Of a stretch of 64,000 bases of DNA, positions 21,832 to 33,074 are shown piece by piece; position 1 is the first letter of the stretch, and every line of letters begins with the position of its first letter. A model generated the notes under the pieces. The model saw only the letters and a program-made list of their open reading frames with translations. It ran no database searches and was not told the DNA's origin. Origin of the DNA: Gemmatimonadales bacterium (lineage in GTDB: Bacteria; Gemmatimonadota; Gemmatimonadetes; Gemmatimonadales; GWC2-71-9); the NCBI GenBank assembly GCA_033764135.1, contig JANRJE010000012.1, positions 67,290-131,289 on the forward strand. The letters are read 5' to 3'. Both the position numbers and the translations under genes were made by a program.

Positions 21832-23340
21832 ATGATCGACGCGCTCCGGACGAGACCGGCCCTCCAGGCTGGTCTCGTCGCACTTCTGGTCGGCGCCTTG
21901 GTGCAGTGGTGGATGCAGCGCGCCGATCTGGTGTTGGCGTTCTGGGATGCCCAGGCGCACCTCGACATCGCCCGGCGGGTATGGGATTCCACCACTCCCG
22001 GCGTCCAGATGCTCGGCACGGTGTGGCTGCCGGTGCCGCACCTGCTCTACCTCCCCTTCACGCTGGTTGATCAATGGTGGTGGAACGGGCTGGCGGGCGG
22101 GCTGGTCGGGCTGGCCGCATTCGGGGCGACGGCAATGGCGGCATTCGCCATCGTTCACCGGCACACCGGCTCAACCAGATGGGGGTGGTTGACCGCCGCC
22201 ATCGTGATCGCCAATCCGAGTCTCGCCTACCTGCAGACCACGGCGATGACCGAGCCGATCCTGCTCGCCTTTCTGACCGGCTCCGTGTGGGTCCTGGACC
22301 GTTGGCTCGGCGATCGCGACCGGAGCGGTCACTTGCTGCTCTCCGGCGTGCTGGCGGCGCTGGCCGTGGGGTCTCGCTACGATGGCTGGTTCTACGCAGC
22401 CATTGCCGCCCTGCTGGTGCTGGCGCACTCCCGCCGGGCTGGTCCGACGCTCCGGTTTGCGGCGCCGGTGGCGGTGATGGTGGGGCTCTGGCTGGCGTAC
22501 AACGCGATCTATTTTGGCGATCCGCTGGAGTTCCAGCGGGGGATCTGGTCGGCCGAGAGTCAGCAGGCGGCCCTGGCCGCCTCCGGGTTGCTGCCGACCA
22601 AGGGCGCCCCGCTCATCTCGCTGGGGTACTACGCCGGGGCGACGGCACTGACGGTCGGGGTGATCCTCGCCCCCCTGGGCCTGCTCGGAGCGGCCCTCGC
22701 CCTGGGCTCACCCGGCCGCTGGGCGCTCCTCCTGCTCTGGACGGCGCTGCCGTTCAACCTGCTGGCGTTGTGGGGCGGACAGAGTGTCATTGCGCTCCCC
22801 TGGACCACCCCCGAGGGGATGCTCAACGTGCGCTACGGGGTCATGCTGATTCCGGCCATCGCCGTCTCGATCGGTCTTGGTGGGGCGATGATCGGACGCT
22901 TCGGACCGCGCTGGCACCGGGGCACGTTCTTCGCGTTGCTGGCCCTGATTGGTGGACAATCCGCATGGATGATCGCCGATGCCCCGGTCAGAGTCGGGGC
23001 GCTGCGAGAGGGGCTGGCGATCCGCGATGGCGATGCGGCCCAGATGAACGCCTCACGCTGGTTGGCAGCCCACTATGATCGGGGGCGCATCCTGGTGGCG
23101 CCGGCGGTCAATCTCTCGCCGCGGAGCCGCATCTCATTGCGGGACCGGATCTATCCGTGGACCTGGGAATTGGGTCCCCGGGCGCTGGCAGCGCCAGCGG
23201 AGACGGTTGACTGGGTGTTGGTCGATCGGCGCGCCGCCACCGACGAGGTGGCCCGGGCGTTGGCGGTCGATCACGATTTCGAGAAGCAGTTCGACCGGGT
23301 GTTCGAAGAACGCGAGTTGGAAATCTGGCGCCGCCGATGA
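21832..23340 (+). CDS. Polytopic membrane protein, GT-C-like (ArnT/PMT-type) putative glycosyltransferase. Paralog of 27182-28561
   Basis: About 11 TM segments followed by a soluble C-terminal domain. It shares the pattern 'D..AHL.IAR.V.D....G...LG..WLPLP.LL.LP' with the downstream paralog. Stop overlaps the next ATG (ATGA). Confidence 0.65.
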   Translation: MIDALRTRPALQAGLVALLVGALVQWWMQRADLVLAFWDAQAHLDIARRVWDSTTPGVQMLGTVWLPVPHLLYLPFTLVDQWWWNGLAGGLVGLAAFGATAMAAFAIVHRHTGSTRWGWLTAAIVIANPSLAYLQTTAMTEPILLAFLTGSVWVLDRWLGDRDRSGHLLLSGVLAALAVGSRYDGWFYAAIAALLVLAHSRRAGPTLRFAAPVAVMVGLWLAYNAIYFGDPLEFQRGIWSAESQQAALAASGLLPTKGAPLISLGYYAGATALTVGVILAPLGLLGAALALGSPGRWALLLLWTALPFNLLALWGGQSVIALPWTTPEGMLNVRYGVMLIPAIAVSIGLGGAMIGRFGPRWHRGTFFALLALIGGQSAWMIADAPVRVGALREGLAIRDGDAAQMNASRWLAAHYDRGRILVAPAVNLSPRSRISLRDRIYPWTWELGPRALAAPAETVDWVLVDRRAATDEVARALAVDHDFEKQFDRVFEERELEIWRRR

Positions 23341-25394
23341 CGCGGCAGACGAGGAGATCGATCGTGACATTCACCACATCTCGCACCCCTGCCGGGATCG
23401 CCCTGCTGTTGTGCATCTCGCTCCTGGCGGGATGCAACACGCCTCCGGCTGCGCCCGAGGTGGCCGGTCCGCCGGCGCCGACCCCGGCAGAGATGGATTC
23501 CCTGTTGGCAGGGTCCGGCGACAGTGCCGCCGCCGCGATGCCTGCCATCACGGCCCGCGTCGACTCGGCCTCCGCTCCGACAGCGCTCACCCTCCGCGAC
23601 ATCGGACTCAAGGACGGCGTGACGCTGTTCGGCGCTACCGTAAATGCGGCGTTGACCATTCCGGTGAACAGCGGCCTCCGTCCGACCCGGTTGGTGCTCG
23701 ACCTCACTCCCACACCATTGATGCCGGGTGCAACGCTCTCGCTGAGTCAGGGCGGCCGCCTCCTCTCGCAGCACTTGCTGACCGACACCACAACGCAGGT
23801 GACTCTCCCGCTCACTGATCTGATTGTCGACGCGGGTCGCGCCACGGTGATGCTGGGGCTCCGCATCGGCGACATCGAGGTCTGTGCCGCCGAGGTGACA
23901 TATCGCACCGCGGTCCAGCCGACCAGCCGGATCGAGTATGCCGGCACCCCGCTTCCCGTTGGCGGCATCAACGATTTCTTCGCCCCCTGGCTCAGCCGGG
24001 TGGTCTTCTACCTGCCGGACGATCCGTCGCTCGATGCCGCGCAGGCGGCGCTCGACGCGGCGGCGTTCGTCAATCGACGCTATCGCGGCATGACGACGCG
24101 CTTCGAGATTCTGCCTCTGCCTCCCGAGGGAACCGCACTGAGCGAACCGGCCGCGGACGAACGCGCCCTGTTCTGGTCACCTTCGGGGCCGACGATGGTG
24201 GTGAGACCGGGGGGGGGACGCGGCACGGTGTTGTCGATCGCCTCTCGTCGTGATGCCCGTCAGCTCTTTGCCCTGGCCGACGGCAGCCAACTCGTGCCGG
24301 TGGGCGGTTTCAGTGCCACCACGGTCCGACCCGAACTGATCGGCCCCGATGCCCGGGGGACACTGTCGTTCGGAGAGATGGGACTCGGGGCGGAGACCGT
24401 CGAGGGCAGCTCGGTCATCGTCGCCAGCTATCCGTTCTCCCTGGCCGACTTCGGTCGACAGGTCACCCCCCGCGCGGTCCGGCTGCTGGTCCACCACAGC
24501 ATGCTGCCGCAGGATGGTCGGGGGACGATGCGGGTGACCCTCAACGGTCAGTTGATCGAGTCGGTGCGACTCGACCGCACCGAGGTCGACCGTACGGTAT
24601 CGCTGCCGGGCCACTTGCTGGCTCGCGAGAACCGTCTCGACGTGCGCTTTCATGTGGTGCTCGGGGAGGGACGCTGTGTGCTCGGCGGACCGACATTCGC
24701 GGCCACCATCGACGATCGCTCGACCTTCGTGCTCACCGGCGAGATGCCGTTGCCACCTTCCTTCGATCGCTTCCCCGCGGCGTTCGTGCCCGCCTTCTCC
24801 GTGCTGATGGAACCGCGGGATCGCTTCCGGGTGGAACTCGCCGCGCGCGCCGTCGGCGCGATGCAGCAGACCACGACGACGGCGCTGGCTCCGTTCGTGG
24901 TCCGCGACCGGGCGGAGGTGCGCGGCTCGCTCTTGGCCATCGGCAACAGCACGCTCGCTACCGAGCTCGATGCCCCGATTGCGGGCGACGGATTCCGGTT
25001 GCGTGACCTGCAGGGCCGGGTCTGGGACGAATACGCCCCGACCGAATCGTTCGCTGCAATGCAGGCCTACTCGGCCGATGGTCGCGACATCCTGCTCCTC
25101 CATCACACCCGCGACGACGGCGCCCCGCTCGATGCCATGCTGCGCGAGTCACTGGCGGCGTACGGCTGGTTCGGAGTGCACGGCGACCTCGCCCTCCGCG
25201 GTCCCGACGGCCCGACCACGGTGATCACCGCTGCCAATTCCGGCTGGATCATCGACCGCACCGTGGCCGATCCGCCCACGATGTGGGAGCGCTGGCGCTC
25301 GGTGATCTTCATTGCGGCGGGACTGACTCTGCTGATCCTGGCCATCTGGCTCTTCCCGCGGGTGGTCCGGCGTGAGCTCGACACGACTGGGTGA
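23337..25394 (+). CDS. Bitopic periplasmic lipoprotein (lipobox LLAGC plus C-terminal TM anchor). Possibly a BcsB-like synthase partner subunit
   Basis: 'MTRQTRRSIVTFTTSRTPAGIALLLCISLLAGC' is a lipoprotein signal. The C-terminus 'WRSVIFIAAGLTLLILAIWLFPRVVRR' is a TM anchor. Its end overlaps the GT2 gene. A BcsB relationship is inferred from topology and context only. Confidence 0.6.
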   Translation: MTRQTRRSIVTFTTSRTPAGIALLLCISLLAGCNTPPAAPEVAGPPAPTPAEMDSLLAGSGDSAAAAMPAITARVDSASAPTALTLRDIGLKDGVTLFGATVNAALTIPVNSGLRPTRLVLDLTPTPLMPGATLSLSQGGRLLSQHLLTDTTTQVTLPLTDLIVDAGRATVMLGLRIGDIEVCAAEVTYRTAVQPTSRIEYAGTPLPVGGINDFFAPWLSRVVFYLPDDPSLDAAQAALDAAAFVNRRYRGMTTRFEILPLPPEGTALSEPAADERALFWSPSGPTMVVRPGGGRGTVLSIASRRDARQLFALADGSQLVPVGGFSATTVRPELIGPDARGTLSFGEMGLGAETVEGSSVIVASYPFSLADFGRQVTPRAVRLLVHHSMLPQDGRGTMRVTLNGQLIESVRLDRTEVDRTVSLPGHLLARENRLDVRFHVVLGEGRCVLGGPTFAATIDDRSTFVLTGEMPLPPSFDRFPAAFVPAFSVLMEPRDRFRVELAARAVGAMQQTTTTALAPFVVRDRAEVRGSLLAIGNSTLATELDAPIAGDGFRLRDLQGRVWDEYAPTESFAAMQAYSADGRDILLLHHTRDDGAPLDAMLRESLAAYGWFGVHGDLALRGPDGPTTVITAANSGWIIDRTVADPPTMWERWRSVIFIAAGLTLLILAIWLFPRVVRRELDTTG

Positions 25395-27204
25395 CCTTCT
25401 GGTTGCCGAGGGGGTAATCACCCCTCAGCAACTGGAGACCGCCCTCACGCAGCAGCAACGGACCGGCGAACGCCTCGGCCGGCTGCTGCTCATCCTGGGG
25501 TTTGTGCGTCGGCTCGACTTGGCGCGCGCCCTCGCAACCCAGTGGGGTCGGCCGTTCGTGACGATCGAGCCCGGCAGCGTGAACGTGGCGGTGGCCCATC
25601 GCTTCCCACTGGAGGCCACCATCGCGCTCCGGGCCGTGCCGCTTAGTGATGATGGCAAAACGGTCGTGGTGGCAACCGCGGAGGAACCGGGCGATGCACT
25701 GCGCGAGGCGCTGTCGGTAGTCTATCCCGGCCGCGCACTGGATCTCCGGATCACCACGGAATGGGACATCGATCGCGGCATCGGATTGGCGCACCGTCGC
25801 AAGGTGGTCGACACCTCGATCTACGGCCTCTATTTCCGCGACCAGTCGGAGAGCGCCTTCACCGTCTTCACCCTGGCCCAGTATCTGGTGCTGGTCGCCT
25901 TGGTGGGCGGGGTGCTCGCGTCGCTCTGGGCCTGGCCGCTGCAGACCCTGCTGTTGCTCAATGTGCCGATCACTCTCTTCTTTCTGGCGGTGGTGGTGTT
26001 CAGGACTGTCGTCGGCGTCTCGGGCGCCGGCGCGGAGACTGCAATCACGGTGGGAGATGAACGGATCCGGTCGATTGACCCACTCGAGTTGCCGATCTAT
26101 ACCATCCTGGTGCCGGTCTACAAGGAACGCCGGGTCATCGGTCGACTGCTCGAATCGCTGGCCGCGCTCGACTACCCGGCTGACAAGCTCGACATCATCA
26201 TCCTCTTCGAGGAGGAGGATCTCGAGACGCTCGCCGCAGCCAAGGCGGCCGCCCCGCAGGCCAATGTCCGCTTCCTGATCGTCCCGGCCGGCGAGCCGCA
26301 GACCAAGCCCAAGGCGTGCAACGTCGGACTGCTGTTCGCACAGGGCGAGTATCTGGTGATCTACGACGCCGAGGATCGTCCCGATCCGGATCAGCTCAAG
26401 AAGGCGCTGCTGGCCTTTCAGCAGGGGCCTGCCGAACTGGCCTGCGTGCAGGCGGCGCTCAACTACTACAACTGGGACGAAAACTTCCTGACCAGGATGT
26501 TCACCCTCGAGTATTCGTTCTGGTTCGACTACCTGCTGCCCGGTCTGGACCGGCTGCGGCTGCCGATTCCGCTGGGCGGCACCAGCAATCACTTCCGCAC
26601 CAGCGTGCTGCAGGAGCTGGGCGGCTGGGACCCGTTCAACGTCACCGAAGACGCCGACCTCGGCATCCGCGCCGCAATGCACGGCTATCGCGTGGGGATC
26701 GTCAACTCCACCACGTACGAGGAGGCCAACACCCATCTCGGCAACTGGATCAGGCAGCGCTCGCGCTGGATCAAGGGTTACATGCAGACGGCGCTGGTCT
26801 TTCTCAGGAATCCGGTCGATCTGGTGCGCCGCGCGGGGATCAGGCAGACCATCGGCTTCACGCTGCTGATTGGCGGCACCCCGCTGGTATTCCTCTTTCA
26901 GCCCGTCGCGGTGGTGCTGACGATCATCTGGCTGCTGACCCGCACCCAACTTTTCGCGCCGCTCTTTCCGCCATGGCTGCTCTACCTGTCGCTGTTCAAC
27001 CTGCTGATCGGCAACGCGCTGGCGATCTACGTCAACATGTTCGCGGTCTTCAAGCGGCGGCTGCACGGGCTGGTGCTCTTCTCGCTGCTGAACCCGCTGT
27101 ACTGGCTGCTGCATTCCATCGCGGCCTACAAGGCACTGGGTCAGCTCTTCACGCGACCGTACTACTGGGAGAAGACCGTCCATGGCCTCACCCGCCATTC
27201 CTGA
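25372..27204 (+). CDS. Processive family-2 glycosyltransferase (cellulose/PNAG-synthase-like, QxxRW) with an N-terminal MshEN/T2SSE_N-type cyclic-di-GMP-binding domain
   Basis: The N-terminus 'RLGDLLVAEGVITPQQLETALTQQQRTGERLGRLLLILGFV' fits the MshEN c-di-GMP-binding motif. The GT2 core has 'ILVPVYKE', 'DAEDRPDPD', 'TEDADLG' and 'QRSRWIKG' (QxxRW). There are about 6 TM helices. GTG start at 25372. Confidence 0.8.
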   Translation: MSSTRLGDLLVAEGVITPQQLETALTQQQRTGERLGRLLLILGFVRRLDLARALATQWGRPFVTIEPGSVNVAVAHRFPLEATIALRAVPLSDDGKTVVVATAEEPGDALREALSVVYPGRALDLRITTEWDIDRGIGLAHRRKVVDTSIYGLYFRDQSESAFTVFTLAQYLVLVALVGGVLASLWAWPLQTLLLLNVPITLFFLAVVVFRTVVGVSGAGAETAITVGDERIRSIDPLELPIYTILVPVYKERRVIGRLLESLAALDYPADKLDIIILFEEEDLETLAAAKAAAPQANVRFLIVPAGEPQTKPKACNVGLLFAQGEYLVIYDAEDRPDPDQLKKALLAFQQGPAELACVQAALNYYNWDENFLTRMFTLEYSFWFDYLLPGLDRLRLPIPLGGTSNHFRTSVLQELGGWDPFNVTEDADLGIRAAMHGYRVGIVNSTTYEEANTHLGNWIRQRSRWIKGYMQTALVFLRNPVDLVRRAGIRQTIGFTLLIGGTPLVFLFQPVAVVLTIIWLLTRTQLFAPLFPPWLLYLSLFNLLIGNALAIYVNMFAVFKRRLHGLVLFSLLNPLYWLLHSIAAYKALGQLFTRPYYWEKTVHGLTRHS

Positions 27205-28561
27205 GCCGCGGGCCGCTCCGTGGGTGCGGGCGACCCTGGCGCTGGCGGTAGCACTGCCGCTCATTCTGGCCGCGCTGCTGCTGGTCGGCGACGGCTGGCT
27301 GAGCGACACCCACGGCGCCTTCCTGCACCGGGTGCGCTTCGCCGTGGATCGCGGTCGCCTGGAACTGCTCGGCTTCGAGTACCCGCCGTTGCCGTTCCTG
27401 CTGCTGACGATCTGGCCGTCGGTCGTGATGCCGCTGGTGCTCGGGGCGCTGGGCCTGGTGGGGCTTGGCTGGCTGATCACCGGCGAATGCACCGACCGTC
27501 GCTCGATGCTGCCGTTGGTGCTTCTGGTGTGTGCCACGTGGACGCCTATCGGCATCCACTTGGTGGCAAGCGACTTCAACGAGACGATCGGCTTGCTGGT
27601 GCTCTTCCTGGCCTGGCGTTATTACCGGCGCTGGTGGTCCACGCGACAGACCGTGTACGGCCTGTACACCGGCATCCTCCTGGGCGTGGCGTTCTACACC
27701 TCGCCGCTGGGGCTGGCGCTGGCGTTGTTTGCCGGAGCCCTGCTGCCGCTGCTCTTTCCGCGGCTCCAGATTCCGCCGTTCTCCTCGCAACTGGTGCTGC
27801 TGGCGTTTCCCGGGATGGCGGCCACCGCCACCTGGGCTTACCTCTCGTGGGTCTTCGTGGGGCGAGTGGCCTTTCCCTTCACGCCCTGGGAACCGCAGTC
27901 CCCGACCATTCTCACCATTCTGAGCTGGACCGTGCCGTACCTGGTGGTCTCCGCGTTGGCGATGCTCCGCCGTGAGGCGCAGACGGCCGGCGTGCTCCTG
28001 CCACTGCTGCTGCTGGCGTTGGCCGACCGGATCGGCTGGCATTTTTCGCTCGCCTATGCGGTGCTGCTGGTGACGCTGGTGGCAATAGTGGCGCTGCCCC
28101 GCGACCTTCATCGGGTGACCCGGATGGCCGTCGGCAGCGTGGCCGTCGGACAGGCGCTGGTGGCGTGGTGGCTGGTACCATGGCCCACTCTGGTGCCGCG
28201 TGATCTGGCTGCGCGCGCCGTGGCCGAGGCGCTGGCGGGTGCCCCCCCCCGGAGCATTCTCATCGATGACCGGTACGCCGAGACACTGCTCAAGTGGTCA
28301 TCATCGATGCGGCCCTATCTCACGACCAGGGACACCGGTTTCGAGGTGGCGCTGGCCCAACCGGGAAGCCAGGTTCGCTACGTCGTCGCCACAGCCGACG
28401 ACGAGGGACTCACGCTCGATGCCGACCGGCGACCACCGCCGGGATTCCTTCTGGAGTGGAGCTGGGCGGGCTACACCTTGTGGCGCCGTCCGGATGCGCC
28501 GCCCCGACCGGTGCGCTTCGATGCGCTTCCCGATCCTTCCGTGCTGGAGAGTTCACCATGA
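27182..28561 (+). CDS. Polytopic membrane protein, GT-C-like. Paralog of 21832-23340
   Basis: ATG at 27182. More than 10 TM segments with a soluble C-terminal region. Paralogous signature to the first membrane protein. Stop overlaps the next gene's ATG (ATGA). Confidence 0.65.
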   Translation: MASPAIPEPRAAPWVRATLALAVALPLILAALLLVGDGWLSDTHGAFLHRVRFAVDRGRLELLGFEYPPLPFLLLTIWPSVVMPLVLGALGLVGLGWLITGECTDRRSMLPLVLLVCATWTPIGIHLVASDFNETIGLLVLFLAWRYYRRWWSTRQTVYGLYTGILLGVAFYTSPLGLALALFAGALLPLLFPRLQIPPFSSQLVLLAFPGMAATATWAYLSWVFVGRVAFPFTPWEPQSPTILTILSWTVPYLVVSALAMLRREAQTAGVLLPLLLLALADRIGWHFSLAYAVLLVTLVAIVALPRDLHRVTRMAVGSVAVGQALVAWWLVPWPTLVPRDLAARAVAEALAGAPPRSILIDDRYAETLLKWSSSMRPYLTTRDTGFEVALAQPGSQVRYVVATADDEGLTLDADRRPPPGFLLEWSWAGYTLWRRPDAPPRPVRFDALPDPSVLESSP

Positions 28562-29379
28562 GGCGTTGGTGTTTCCTGATCACCGTTGCTGCCGGCGCGA
28601 TGCTGGCGTTGCCGTCGCCCGCGAAGGCGCAATGGACCCTGCCCAAAGGTGGCTGGTTCATGTCCCACAGCTTCAATGTCGGCTCCTTTCCCGATCGCTT
28701 CTCGGCAGGGCCGGGTGCCACGGAGAACGAGCTCGACAAGGTCGACTACGGACTCTATTTCCTGTACGGTTGGCGCGAGGGAACCAGCGTCGGACTGGGA
28801 CAGGGATTCTCCCGCCTGGAGCAGACCTTCAACGGCACCACCACCACCAACACCGGCTTCGGTTCGACCGGCTTCTTCATCATGCATCGTCTGGCCCAGG
28901 GGAAGGCCGGCATCCTCTCGATCCAGCCGCGGATCGACCTGCCACTCCTGTTCGACAACGACGAGCGCCCGGCGCTGGGGCCGGTAGAGGCCGACGCCGA
29001 GATCCGCCTGCTGTACGGCAACGGCTTCGGCATCGCGGGGACGCGGGGCTTCATGAACGCGTCGGCGGGCATCAGCACGATCCGCGCTGGCAACGACGAA
29101 ATCCGCTATGACGGCACGGTGGGGATCGACGCTCACCCCCGTTTGCTGTTGATGGGTCAGGCCTTCAACGTGATCGGGCTCGCCGATGGGGGGGGGATCG
29201 CCTACAGCGCCACCAAGCTCGGCGCTTCGGCGGTATTCCGGGCCTCGCCGACGGTCGGACTCCTGATAGGGTATTTTCGGGGCGTCTCGGGGAAGAACAC
29301 CTCACGGGAGCGGACCTTCAGCATCGGGATCTGGCTCTCCCACACCCCGCAATCGCCCGTGGTCCCGCCGCAGCAATAG
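28558..29379 (+). CDS. Outer-membrane beta-barrel (porin-like) protein
   Basis: ATG at 28558 gives the signal peptide 'MRRWCFLITVAAGAMLALPSPAKAQ'. Alternating amphipathic beta-strand pattern with aromatic girdle residues. Last gene of the operon. Confidence 0.65.
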   Translation: MRRWCFLITVAAGAMLALPSPAKAQWTLPKGGWFMSHSFNVGSFPDRFSAGPGATENELDKVDYGLYFLYGWREGTSVGLGQGFSRLEQTFNGTTTTNTGFGSTGFFIMHRLAQGKAGILSIQPRIDLPLLFDNDERPALGPVEADAEIRLLYGNGFGIAGTRGFMNASAGISTIRAGNDEIRYDGTVGIDAHPRLLLMGQAFNVIGLADGGGIAYSATKLGASAVFRASPTVGLLIGYFRGVSGKNTSRERTFSIGIWLSHTPQSPVVPPQQ

Positions 29380-29409
29380 CCGCGGGCCACCTGACGGAAA
29401 CGAGCAGTC

Positions 29410-31295
<1,886 letters not shown>

Positions 31296-31311
<16 letters not shown>

Positions 31312-31380
31312 GGGGTGAGGGGTGAGGGGTGAAAGGTGAAACGGGGTGTGGAGTTGCCCTCCGTTTCACCTTTCACCATT
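31296..31380. repeat. Palindromic element: (GGTGAGGG)x4-GGTGAAAGGTGAAACGG ... CCGTTTCACCTTTCACC between the convergent uup-like gene and the S8 protease gene
   Basis: Read directly. It starts inside the last codons of the ABC-F gene. The inverted GGTGAAA unit recurs at 36668, 38766, 58489, 60457 and 63810. Confidence 0.85.
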
Positions 31381-31385
31381 CGCTC

Positions 31386-32921
<1,536 letters not shown>

Positions 32922-33074
32922 GGAGATCTCCTCTGTCGGGGAAGGAGGCGGGGTTGATCACCTCCGTGCTTCAATTGTCGGCCCGGAACCCGCAATTGGC
33001 AAGGGAGATACGCGACACGCCCCCAGTCCTGCGATCAAGACTGAGGGCGTGTTGTTGCGAATGACGGCGCGTTG

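Noticed and set aside
25309-27579. 756-aa minus ORF antisense to the MshEN-GT2 gene
   Set aside because: No motifs and Arg/Gln/Glu-rich. The sense-strand GT2 has canonical D, DxD, TED and QxxRW.
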